Shown here: positions 11,296-22,531 of the stretch, in pieces
Layout of the letters: every line of letters begins with the position of its first letter
Position numbering within the stretch: position 1 is the stretch's first letter
Assembly: GCF_006345805.1 (NCBI RefSeq)
Contig: NW_021828074.1
Location: 1-35,441 of the forward strand
DNA length: 35,441 nt
Direction of reading: 5' to 3'
From: Octopus sinensis
Taxonomy: Eukaryota
Translations under genes and position numbers: made by a program
The notes under the pieces: generated by a model
Database searches by the model: none
What the model was told of the DNA's origin: nothing
The model's input: the letters and a program-made list of their open reading frames with translations, nothing else

Positions 11296-11473
11296 TTTTT
11301 TTTCCTCTGTCTTCCCTTCTCTGGATCTTACCTTCTCCTATGTTTCCAACGAAGAGCTCCACTCAAAACGTTAAACCCTCCTTCTTTCCTTCTTTCCTGA
11401 CCGTCCAATAATACTATATTGTTCCACATCCTCGCGTTGTTGTTTTTTGTGCTTTCTTGTTTGATTAACCATA
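11296..11473 (+). mobile_element. PLE-like pLTR remnant with decayed HHR at 11342-11376
   Basis: Homologous to 26950-27117. GTTT-CCAACGA-A-GAGCTCCACTC-AAAA-CGTT-AAAC. Confidence 0.7.
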
Positions 11474-11627
11474 CATATATATAATATATATATATAATTA
11501 TTTAAATAATGAGGGAGATAAATTAATATTAATTTTAATATCAATTTAAAACCAGTAGTCCAGCATACAAAAATCTGAGGAGTCAGAGAAAATTCTAATA
11601 TATGTGTATATTGGCAGGGCTTACTGC

Positions 11628-11896
11628 TAGGGAGTCGGCCATATGCTAGAAACAGATCATCAACGATCAAACTACAAGGAAATTCTCTAGAGGAAAAATT
11701 CAGCGAACACCAGAACCAAATTTGGCGGGCAGGACAGATGAAAATTTATATAAAAAACAGAATTAAATGCATACCTCGGTTTCGGCCTTTAACAAAAGAA
11801 TTACTTACGTAATTCAAATGTCTGTGCTTCTTCAGTGAATTTTTCCTTGTAGTTTGATCGTTGATGATCTGTTTCTAGCATACGGCCGACTCCCTA
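11628..11896. repeat. Inverted repeat (about 55-bp arms) enclosing a hammerhead motif
   Basis: 11628-11682 is the reverse complement of 11842-11896. Confidence 0.9.
11765..11842 (-). ncRNA. Type I hammerhead ribozyme, near intact
   Basis: Minus strand reads AAAUUCA-CUGAAGA-AGC...GAAUUAC-GUAA-GUAAUUC...GCC-GAAA-CCGAGG-UA-UGCAUUU. Stem I pairs at 6 of 7 positions and the triplet is GUA. Confidence 0.75.
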
Positions 11897-11914
11897 TATA
11901 TATATATATATATA

Positions 11915-12146
11915 CAGGTTGGCCAAAAGTCACCTGACAGTTAATCAAAGCCATTTAATTCCAAGATTTACTTATGTTTAGCAACAGAATGAATTCAATA
12001 AAAGCATCTAAATATGAAACATCATGAAAATTGTTCAAACTGAAGTCCTTCTTGAGTGACATATTTTTCCATTCAAGTCAATACAAAATTACAGATAGTA
12101 TTTATAGAATTTTGATTTACTGTCGGGTGGCTTTTGGCCAACCCTG
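11915..12146. mobile_element. Tc1/mariner-type MITE
   Basis: TA flanks and about 35-bp TIRs, CAGG(G)TTGGCCAAAAG(T/C)CACC(T/C)GACAGT(T/A)AATCAAA. Confidence 0.85.
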
Positions 12147-12187
12147 TATATCTATCTATCTATATATATATATATATATATATATAT

Positions 12188-12483
12188 TGGTAAAAACGGT
12201 AAGATAACAAAAGAAAGAAAGGGACCTCAATATTATGTAAAAAGAGGAAATTTATCTATAAAATAATATGTACAATTACTCAATAGTCAAGATAAAACTC
12301 TGATCACTAGCCACTAAACCTTTTTTACTTTCTCTCCCTGTTTATTTCTATGATCCTTTCTGTTGAAGAGCATAGGCTCAAAATGTAAAAGACTTTCTCA
12401 CCTTCCCAAGCATTAAACTAATACATCTGTTTGTTGTTTACACCACTTGTCTTCATCTTTTGTTTTTTTGTGAATTCTCACTA
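12188..12483 (+). mobile_element. PLE-like pLTR remnant with decayed HHR at 12356-12391
   Basis: 12301-12483 is homologous to 5126-5300. CTTT-CTGTTGA-A-GAGCATAGGCTC-AAAA-TGT-A-AAAG, flanked by (TA)n. Confidence 0.65.
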
Positions 12484-12544
12484 TACATGTATATATATAT
12501 TATATATCTATATATATAAAACAGACTTCTTTCAGTTTCCATCT

Positions 12545-12646
12545 ACATGTGGGCATGATCCGAAAAGTTCTGTCCTGGAAAAGCAGCTTAGACCCTACTA
12601 CATGTCTAAACACAAGGACAGAACTTTTCGGATCATGCCCATATGT
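12545..12646. repeat. 32-bp inverted repeat (hairpin) with structured 38-nt loop
   Basis: ACATGTGGGCATGATCCGAAAAGTTCTGTCCT pairs with AGGACAGAACTTTTCGGATCATGCCCATATGT, with one G-U or mismatch position. Confidence 0.9.
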
Positions 12647-12874
12647 GACAAAATTTTTGTTACGTTTTTGGTCCCCTAAAGAAAACAGATAGAACTTGCT
12701 TTCTATATTATGTCCCAAAAACGTAGACAAAATGAGAAAACGAGAACATAAAAAACAAAAACAGAAACGAATTGTCTCATTTCTCTATTTCTTTCTTGAT
12801 GTCCTGCATCGATATAGGCATGGATATATGCACATATATATATACATATATATATATATATATTATATATATAT

Positions 12875-13272
12875 ATAATATTTATATAAATTAGAGACAA
12901 AACCATATTATGCAAATCAAACAAGAAAGACTTAAGCCAATAGATAAATATAAAATGATTTATATAATTAAAATTTAACAAATGAATAACCACTACGATC
13001 GTTTCGTGTCAGCACATCTTAGACATTCTTCAGGTGGTTTCTAACCTTCTTAGCGAGTTCTATGAAGTTATAAACTTCATAGTTTATAACTCTCTAAGAA
13101 GGTTTAGAAACCACCTGAAGAATGTCTAAGATGTGCTGACACGAAACGATCGAGGTGTTATTCATTTGTTAAATTTTATTTATATAAATCATTTATTTTA
13201 TCTATTGGCTTAAGTCTTTCTTTGTTTGATTTGCATAATAGTGGTTTTGTCTCTAATTTATTATAATATATT
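12875..13272. mobile_element. Head-to-head palindrome of two PLE-like pLTR fragments, each carrying an HHR motif
   Basis: Arms of about 190 bp are joined around 13077-13080. The tail TAAGTCTTTC...GTGGTTTTGTCTCTAAT is shared with 19640-19690. Confidence 0.8.
12988..13039 (-). ncRNA. Type I hammerhead ribozyme with palindromic stem III
   Basis: Minus strand reads AACCAC-CUGAAGA-A-UGUC-(11 nt)-GACA-C-GAAA-CGAUCG-UA-GUGGUU: 6-bp stem I, self-complementary ACGAUCGU, and an A.C mismatch at the base of stem II. Confidence 0.75.
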
Positions 13273-13725
13273 TTATTATAAAATGGATTCAATCTTAAAT
13301 CTGATTTTCTTGTAAATTTGGATTTATTCCCTAATATTTATTATTATTATTATATATATATATATATTATATATATAATATATATATATATAAACATATA
13401 TATATACTGTGCAATTCATACAGCATTAAAAGTTTTTAACTCTTATATTTTTTGCAATAAGCTACTTGGGCACCCTGAGTCACAATTAGTGATGGTTGTC
13501 CAGAACTGCCTCTCTTAGGAATTTCGCATTGATAATGGCTAAGGAGTTAGAAACATTGATCTGAGGATCCTGATAGGTGGCAACAATGGATAGATATGGT
13601 GCTTTTACACCTTTTTAACATAAGAGAAAATTTTTTTCAGGGTAACTGCAGTAAATTTGCTTTTTTAGCAGTTGAAATATGTCACAGACATATTTTAATT
13701 AACCTTAACTTTGCATATATATATA

Positions 13726-13815
13726 TACTCTTTTACTTGTTTCAGTCATTTGACTGCAGCCATGCTGGAGCACCGCCTTTAGTCGAGCAAATCGACCCCG
13801 GGACTTATTCTTTGT
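13726..13815 (-). mobile_element. Family A SINE 3' fragment
   Basis: TACTCTTTTACTTGTTTCAGTCATTTGACTGCAGCCATGCTGGAGCACCGCC. Confidence 0.9.
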
Positions 13816-13866
13816 ACATGTGTGTGTGTGCATGTGACTGTGCATGCATGTGTGTGTGTGTGTGCA

Positions 13867-13897
<31 letters not shown>

Positions 13898-14029
13898 GCA
13901 TGTGTGCAAGTATAGATGTAAATATGTATGTATTTCTGTATTTGTATAAAAATCAGTGAATAAGCCCTGTGCTATTCGCGAAGGTCTCTTTCTCCTTCTA
14001 GTTTCCTATATTATATACTATTTATTAAT

Positions 14030-14722
14030 CGTAATCATCATCGTCACCATCATCATCACCACCACCACCACCACCATCATCACTGTCGTCATCGTCATCA
14101 TCATCATCATCATCACCATTATCACCATCATCACCGTCGTCATCATCATCATCATCATCATCACCATCATCGTCGTCGTCGTCGTCATCATCATCATCAT
14201 CAATCATCATCACCATTATCACCATCATCACCGTCGTCATCATCATCATCATCATCATCACCATCGTCGTCGTCGTCGTCGTCATCATCATCATCATAAT
14301 CATCATCAACCATTATCACCATCATCCACCGTCGTCATCAATCATCATCATCATCATCACACCATCATCGTCGTCGTCGTCGCATCATCAATCATCATCA
14401 TCATCATCACCATTATAACCATCATCAACCGTCGTCATCATCACATCATTCATCATCACCATCGTCGTCGTCGTCTCGTCATCATCATCATAATCATTTC
14501 ATCACCATTATCACCATCATCACCGTCGTCCATCATCATCAATCATCATCATCACCATCATCGTTCGTCGTCGTCGTCATCATCATCATCATCATCATCA
14601 TCACCATTATCACCATCATCACCGTCGTCATCATATCATCATCATCACACCATCGTCGTCGTCGTCGCGTCATCATCATCATCATATCATCGTCGTCGTC
14701 GTCATCGTCGTCGTCGTCATCG

Positions 14723-14755
<33 letters not shown>

Positions 14756-14936
14756 CCATCATCGTCGTCGTCGTCGTCATCATCATATCATAATCATCGT
14801 CGTCGTCGTCATCGTGTCGTCGTCATCGTCATCATCATCATCATCATAATCATCATCATCCCATCATCGTCGTCGTCGTCGTAATTCATCATCATCATAA
14901 TCATCGTCGTCGTCGTCATCGTCGTCGTCGTCATCG

Positions 14937-14969
<33 letters not shown>

Positions 14970-15153
14970 CCATTATCACCATCATCGTCTTCGTAGTCGT
15001 CGTCATCATCATCGTCACCATCATTATCCCCATTATCACCATCATTGTCGTCGTCATCGTCATCATCATCGTCGTCGTCATCATCGTCGTCGTCATCATC
15101 GTGGTCGTCATCATCGTGGTCGTCATCATCATAGTCATCGTCATCATCATCAT
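14030..15153. repeat. About 1.1-kb cryptic (CAT/CGT/CAC)n trinucleotide array with a 95-100-bp higher-order unit
   Basis: ACCATTATCACCATCATCACCGTCGTC recurs near 14115, 14211, 14309, 14410, 14504 and 14603. Confidence 0.95.
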
Positions 15154-15917
15154 TCTTATTTCAATACTAACAATTTACCTTATTATAATGTTCAGCGCGC
15201 TCTGTTTCAGTATCAATTATATATGCCACAAATGACATATGTCGATATCGAAAGAAGCTGAGAGATTGAGAGAAAGAAAGAGAGAGAGAGAGAAAGAAAA
15301 GAAAGAAAAAAAAAGATGTAGGAATTAATATGTATGAGAAAAGTGACAAGGAGATGCAGAGATAAGGAAATATGGGGAAGGAAAATATGCGGAAAATAAT
15401 GACAGTAGTATGAATGGAGCCATAGGCCACTGATTGCAAGAAATCTTTAAATCTCTCCCCCCAATTATCCTCCTGCTTGTTACTGAGGTGACTGACTAAT
15501 ACTAATCTAAAATGAAAGAGAAGGAAACTTCATATTTACTCTTTATTATATTCTGTTGCATATTTCTTTTCTTGGTTCTGTGTTTGTGTTTGTGGTGTGT
15601 GTTTTCATTTTCTATTGGAGCTGAAAATCTTGTTTCTTAAAACTAATAAAGGTTATTAATAAATTCTGGAAATTGTCTTAAATAATGAATAAATGATTGA
15701 ACAAACAAACTTGAAATTATAATAAATTCGTCGTCTCGAAATATTTGGATACTGATAATGAACTAAATATATGTTCAGTAGGTTGTTAAATTAATGTGAA
15801 ATAGGAAATGGTCAAATTAACCCACTGAGGACATTTGTCTCTGACTGTCTGCTTTTGCATGAAGACCTCACAAATACAGGCAGCTGTATGTATTTATAAG
15901 TATGTGAGTGTGTTATG

Positions 15918-15948
<31 letters not shown>

Positions 15949-15999
15949 CAAAGAAAGAGAATTTTACTCAAGTGATTGGAATTCTCTCTCTCAATCTCT

Positions 16000-16009
16000 G
16001 TTTATCTAT

Positions 16010-16052
<43 letters not shown>
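16000..16052. repeat. (TATC)n tetranucleotide microsatellite
   Basis: Read directly from the sequence. Confidence 0.95.
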
Positions 16053-16072
<20 letters not shown>

Positions 16073-16207
16073 CAGTTGAACAATATTCAATGCCACAATC
16101 AAAATAGTGCATGTTTAATTGATAGCTTTTTCATGATTTGGCCAGAATATTTCAGCTCACTTTTAATCAGAGAAGACATTATATACTTATATATATATAC
16201 ACCATGT

Positions 16208-16409
16208 TAGATCGTTAGCTCCTACAAGCATTTTTTTTCTCTCCTTGTTTCTCTAATTGTTTTTTTTCTGTATATCTTTCTGTCAAAGAGCGTAGGCTCG
16301 AAACGTAAAAGACTTGTTCTATTTCTATTCCTGAGCACCATACTAATACATTTGTTTGTTTGTACTCCACCTGCCTTCGTCTTTTGTTTATTTTCGTAAA
16401 CCTTTCCAT
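16208..16409 (+). mobile_element. PLE-like pLTR remnant with HHR-like motif at 16275-16312
   Basis: Near-identical to 3017-3213. TCTTT-CTGTCAA-A-GAGC-GTAG-GCTC-GAAA-CGT-A-AAAGA. Confidence 0.7.
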
Positions 16410-16415
16410 TATATA

Positions 16416-16839
16416 TCTCTCTATATATATAAACGGCAGTTTGTCTGTCTGTGTGTCTGTCAGGTTGTACCCTCACCCTGACCACGGCTTTCAACCGATT
16501 CTGATGAAACTTGACACACACATAGCCCAATGTCATAATTCAAAACTAACGCAGCAAAAAGTTTGAAAAGCTCCCCCAGTTCTGAAAAATCTCGATAAAT
16601 TCGACATGGGGTCGAGAATCTCAGCTTTTTACATTTTCTGTCTAGGGGACACAACTCGACCTTTTTATCGCCAAAGGGACAGCTAGGAACATCGTTATAC
16701 ACAAAGTATTCGAATGAAGAGAAGACATTGCAGCCTACACATGCGCCTTCGTTCCCTCAAGGGAAAGGACTAGATTGGGATTAGTCGTTTGCCTACTAGG
16801 GCTCTTACATACCCGTGCAACGCCGGGCTATGCTGCTAG
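16416..16839 (+). mobile_element. Non-autonomous Helitron-like element
   Basis: 5' TC...TATATATAAA and a 3' hairpin CCCGTGCAACGCCGGG, then CTAG followed by T. The 3' end is shared with 18035-18335. Confidence 0.75.
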
Positions 16840-16884
16840 TATATATATATATATATATATGTATATCATACATAAAAGCACATG

Positions 16885-16916
<32 letters not shown>

Positions 16917-17319
16917 TACACACACACACACACAAGACAAGCCACCTGTAGTTTACATCAATAAATTGTATCTATATTATTAATCAGTAGGAGTCTATAG
17001 TAGAAATCACTACCCAGGGTGTCCTGCAGTGAGACCAAATTCAAGACCATCTGGTCTTAAAACCCTTAGCCATACTGTGTCTAATATCAATATAATTGAC
17101 TACCTTTTGAGCACTGGGGACAGTATAGTTGGCTTAATCACACTCCTGAAATTACTGGCCTTGTGCCAAAATATGAAACTAATATTGATATCATTTTAAA
17201 TGATTGTTGTGGTGCAGACAGCCATACAAATTACTTAATACCATTTAATTAGTTTTTCCAGTGATTGTGAATCTAATTCTCTGATAGTTGTGCAGTCAAG
17301 AAGAGCACTTTACAATATA

Positions 17320-17722
17320 TACTCTCTTTTATTCTCTGTACTTGTTTCAAGTCATTTTGGACTGCAGCCTGCTGGAGCACCGCCTTTAGTCGAGCAACTC
17401 GACCCCGGGACTTTTCTTTTTTGTAAGCCCAGTACTTATGTCTATCGGTCCTCTTTGCCGAACCGCTAAGTAACGGGGACAAAACACACCAGCATCGGTT
17501 GTTGCAGCAATGCTAGGGGCAAACACAAACACACAAACACACACACACATACATATATACGACGGGCTTCTTTCATTTCCGTCTACCAAGTCCACTCACA
17601 AGGCTTTGGTTGGCCCGAGGCTATAGCAGAAGACACTTGCCCAAGATGCCACGCAATGAGACTGAACCCAGGACCATGTGGTTGGTAAGCAAGCTATTTA
17701 CCACACAGCCACTCCTGCGCCT
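17320..17722 (-). mobile_element. Family A SINE, full length
   Basis: Reverse complement of 6455-6868. Confidence 0.92.
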
Positions 17723-18034
17723 ATATATATGCCAACAGTTTTAACCTCACAATGCTGGTTCTTTGGCCAAGTATTTTCTACTTTAGCATCAAGTTACGAA
17801 TACTTTGTAAGTGAAATTTAGTAGTTAAAAACTGTGTGGAAAACCTGTCATGTAATATTCCCAGTGTAAGCTCTATAGCCTTATGCAGCTGTACAGATGT
17901 CTGGAACACATACAACATACAGGTATACATATATGCATACATATATACAAGCATACATGCATACATGCATGCATACATACACACACAGATACACCACATA
18001 CACAGATGCACATGCACACATACACACATACATA

Positions 18035-18335
18035 TCTTATATATAAAATGAAGTTTGTGTGAGTGTCTGTCTCCTACGATTTAAATTCCTAACTACTCCC
18101 CATTTTGCAGTGCAGTTTAACCAAAAGGGGTTATCTTATAGTCGTGATTCATATCGAGCCCTTCTGGGTATTAGTGTGCGTCTACGATGAGTCTATGATT
18201 TTAAAAAAAGTTTACCATAATTTTTCCCATTTTTAATGCTTTTTTTTTGCTATTATATAAGGGAAGTAACTCTCTAAAAATGCTTATATAGTTATTTCCC
18301 TTACAAACCCGAGCAACGCCGGGCGATACTGCTAG
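18035..18335 (+). mobile_element. Non-autonomous Helitron
   Basis: A^TC start and CTAG^T end, with a subterminal palindrome CCCGAGCAACGCCGGG. Homologues at 23214-23608 and 28891-29287. Confidence 0.85.
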
Positions 18336-18449
18336 TACACATATAAAATATAATTTAGATTCAGTTGAATTAGGTACTTAAATTGTGACGCCTTGTTTAG
18401 ACTAATTTGCACATTCAGACAATATCAGATGAGTATCAAACTTAGAATT

Positions 18450-18820
18450 ATGCCAGTGCAGCATAACCAGCCCTTTAAGAGTACCCTTCAATCATTGGGC
18501 AATAAACCGTGTTTACAAAGACCTGTTGAGTCAAGTGAAGTCATTGCCGTGACCGATGACACTACCGACTGATTTGCACCTATTCTGGTGGCACGTAAAA
18601 AGCACCATTCAAGCATGGTCAATGCCAGTGCTGCCTGACTGGTTCCGTGCCGGTGGCTCGGAGTGATTGGTGCTAGGAAGGGCATCCAGCTGTAGAAACT
18701 TTGCCAGATCAGGTTGGAGCCTGGTGTAGCCTTCTGGCTCGCCAGCCCTCAGTCAAACCATCCAACCCATGCCAGCATGGATAGCAGACGTTAACTGACA
18801 ACAACAATGATGATGAACGA

Positions 18821-18824
<4 letters not shown>
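18450..18824 (+). mobile_element. Family C retroposon 3' fragment (probable RTE-clade LINE 3' UTR or derived SINE), (GAT)n tail
   Basis: GGAAGGGCATCCAGCTGTAGAAAC...CCAACCCATGCCAGCATGG...GACGTTAA followed by GAT repeats. The clade assignment is inferred. Confidence 0.75.
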
Positions 18825-18855
<31 letters not shown>

Positions 18856-19034
18856 CATACATAATATATCTATATATCTATATATCTATATATATATATA
18901 TATGTACATATATATGTATGTAATATATATATATTATATATATATATATCCTATATATATATATATATATAGACATACATACATATTATATCTATATATC
19001 TATATATCTATATATATATATATATGTACATATA

Positions 19035-19098
<64 letters not shown>

Positions 19099-19105
<7 letters not shown>

Positions 19106-19159
19106 GAAAATAGTAAAAAGTGAAAAAACTTCTTTCACTTTTTACTATTTTCTATATAT
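19099..19159. repeat. Perfect 27-bp hairpin with 7-nt loop
   Basis: ATATATAGAAAATAGTAAAAAGTGAAA-AAACTTC-TTTCACTTTTTACTATTTTCTATATAT. Confidence 0.9.
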
Positions 19160-19190
19160 TCAACCACGTGCTTTCACAAACCAACTTTCT

Positions 19191-19222
<32 letters not shown>

Positions 19223-19524
19223 TACATATATATATATAGCTGTGTTTATGTACACATGTGCATATCTGGATGTATGGTCATTTGTGTCGCTGTCTGTAAC
19301 TGTATTATTATCATTTGCTGCTGTAAACTAATGTGTCAAGTTGTATGCCTTTTTATCAAACATGGTAACTTAGTGTTTCAATAAGTACACAGAGATAAAA
19401 TAAGTACCTGTTATTTACTGCAGTATATTCAATGGACTATATTCCACATTTGTAAAACATTGGTTTTCTGCTTAGTCAAAAAATTAGTACATCACTGCAT
19501 AAAAGTAGCAAGCATATATATATA

Positions 19525-19689
19525 TTTAACTTCATAATTTGACACTGAATTTTGGAGTCCACCTGAAGATTGTCCGATCAAGACAAGAACGATTGTAGTG
19601 GCGGTTTTTTTGACTATTTATTAAAATTTTATGTATTGATTAAGTCTTTCCTTGTTTGTTTTGCAAAATAGTGGTTTTTGTCTCTAATA

Positions 19690-19690
<1 letters not shown>
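19525..19690 (+). mobile_element. PLE-like pLTR remnant with decayed HHR at 19559-19601
   Basis: CCAC-CTGAAGA-TTGTC-CGATCAA-GACAA-GAAC-GATTG-TA-GTGG, lacking one core A. Same family as 12875-13272. Confidence 0.7.
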
Positions 19691-19733
<43 letters not shown>

Positions 19734-19796
19734 TAATATGAATAGGAATTATGTGTGTGTGTGTGTGTGTGTCTATATATATATATATGTATACAC

Positions 19797-20209
19797 CAAT
19801 CCGACTGTACGACAGGCACCCATGCCAACCCCCTTTGCTTGCGAAGACATGTTGGGGCAAGCAAAGCGAATCGAATTGAACCAGCCAGGATCCCTGGTCT
19901 GGTGGTACGTAAAAGCACTATCCGACTCGTGGCCGATGCCAGCGCCGCCTCGACTGGCTTCCGTGCCGGTGGCACATAAAATACACCATCCGACCGTGGC
20001 CGTTGCTAGCCTCGCCTGGCACCTGTGCAGGTGGCACGTAAAACGCACCACTACACTCACGGAGTGATTGGCGTTAGGAAGGCATCCAGCTGTAGAAACA
20101 TTGCCAGATAAGACTGGAGCCTGGTGCAGCCTTCTGGTGCTTCCCAGATCCCCGGTCGAACCGTCCACCTATGCTAGCATGGAGACGGACGTTAAACGAT
20201 GATGATGAT
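19797..20209 (+). mobile_element. Family C retroposon 3' fragment, (GAT)n tail
   Basis: Same diagnostic motifs as 33525-33696, preceded by diverged copies of the roughly 63-bp unit. Confidence 0.8.
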
Positions 20210-21029
20210 TATATTTATGTTTAACTGTTTTATGCTGTGAAAATATACGCACACACACACACACAATATATTATATACATACACATACATACATATATAT
20301 ATATATAATTTATCCATACATACATACACATACATACATACATACATATATATTGTAGTGCACCTGAGCACTGTACACAATTATTATTATTATTATTATC
20401 ATATATATTATATATATATATATACACACACACACAATATATACATGTATATACAACACACACACACACACATATGAAGAGAGACAGTTAGATAGACAGA
20501 GAGAGCAAATACCAAGCAAATTTCATTAATTATTTTACGCTTCATTCCTGATAGCGACTCTTAAGTTTTGTTTCCTTGGGGATATTTAGTGAGCTAATGC
20601 TTATATTCACTGCCTTCATTAGAGAGATGAATTAAGTTAAATTACTGTAGCCAATGAGAATTAAATTGGCTTTCTATCTGCTGGAATCAGATATTTTATC
20701 AGATTAACTACACTGCTGCTATCTCTAAATCATTTACCGAAATAAGTCTCTATGTTATCTATACTAGGCAGGAAAAATGTTTCCTAGAGAAACAAATCCC
20801 TATTATTCAAAATTTATTTTTTTCCATTTGTAGCTCCTTCATCTTTGTTGTGTTTTCTTTTTTAACTTTTGTTTTTGTGTTTCATTTTTCCCTTTTTGAT
20901 TTCTAGATTAGAAAATTTTCAAAAACCTTGAATCTCATATAATGTTAAGCCAAAAGGATTTATCGTACTGAAATAGACCTAAATAGTATTGTTTGTAGGT
21001 AATCAAGAAACTGTGTGTGTGTATGTATC

Positions 21030-21070
21030 TATCTATCTACCGATCTGTCTGTCTGAGTGTCTGTCTGTCG

Positions 21071-21106
<36 letters not shown>

Positions 21107-21173
21107 ATCTCTATCTATCTATCTATATATATATATATATCCATCTATCTATCTATCTATATATCCATCTATC

Positions 21174-21236
<63 letters not shown>

Positions 21237-21317
21237 TTATCTATCTGTCTATCTATTTATCAATCTATCTAGCTATTTATCTATCTATCTATTTATCCAT
21301 TTATTTATCTATTTGTC

Positions 21318-21387
<70 letters not shown>

Positions 21388-21390
21388 CTA
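21030..21390. repeat. (TCTG)n/(TC)n/(TATC)n compound microsatellite
   Basis: Read directly from the sequence. Confidence 0.95.
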
Positions 21391-22311
21391 TCTATTGATA
21401 TATATATATTATATATATATATATATATATAGATGGATCGAAAGATAGATAGTAGATAGATAGATAGATAGATAGTACATATGCATTATTTATATATGTA
21501 TATAGTATGGATATATAGATATATAGTATATATATACATATATCTGTATATATGTATATATATATCAATTATATACGTTTTTTATTATTATTTTGCAATT
21601 ACTTAATCATCTGTAATTATTGTTATTTTTAATTTTAATATTTCTATTATATGTAATTTTCTAGATGGTGTAATTTAATTGTTCATTTTGAATTGAAAAA
21701 AGGTGTTTTTTTCTAATTTTATATATATACATATGTATATATATGAATATATACCTTATGGCTGAAACATGTAAAAGAGTAAAAAAGAATATGTGTATGT
21801 GTGTATGCATGTATGTGTGTGTACGCATGCATGCATGTATGTATACATACATACATATCTGCATGCATATATGTATCTATGTATGTATGTATGTATGCAC
21901 AGGGAGAAATTATTATTTCATGGAGCCAGATTGATTCTTACATGAATCAAGAAGATTTCTTATATGTAGCAGCTGCCCAAAATAAAGATAAATCTAATCT
22001 ACTAAGCACTAATAAAATCATGTTCTTATAAAGAATCTCTTCGTTAGTGAAGCAAGAACTTAAAAAAAACTCTAATTGGATGACCAATTTTCATTTACAT
22101 AATGCATTCCTTTAGCGAAGATTTTAAAATTTTTAATGAGATCATAAATGAAAAGGGGAAATATTTGTTACCATGGTACTTTCTGAGACTAAATCCTCAC
22201 TGTAATGGAATAAGTCATTTGATTTTGGAGAAATTAAAAAAGAAACACTGATATTTTTGCCTTCTTCAGTTCCATGGGAAGGGTTATATTAACTCTCTGT
22301 TTGACACTTAA

Positions 22312-22531
22312 CCCTTTTGATACTAACCTGGCTGAAACCGGCTCTGGCTCTGTGGTAAAATGTCTTGTTTTCATAAGTTTTGAATTAAAATCTTCCATGA
22401 AACCTTAGTCACAATTTATGCTCCTAACACTAGCTTAATGATGACTAAGTTATTTTACTAAATTCTTTGTTATATTTAAAATAATTGAAAGAAACACAGA
22501 GCGTCTCAACAAAAATATGGTGACAAAAGGG
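22312..22531. mobile_element. piggyBac-type MITE
   Basis: TTAA TSD at 22308-22311 and 22532-22535, with termini CCCTTTTG...CAAAAGGG. Confidence 0.85.

Noticed and set aside
13956-14849. 297-aa ORF rich in His/Ile/Ser/Arg
   Set aside because: It is a translation of the CAT/CGT array, and the residue type switches at 1-nt indels.
20989-21448. IYLS-repeat ORFs of 143-147 aa
   Set aside because: They are translations of the (TATC)n microsatellite.
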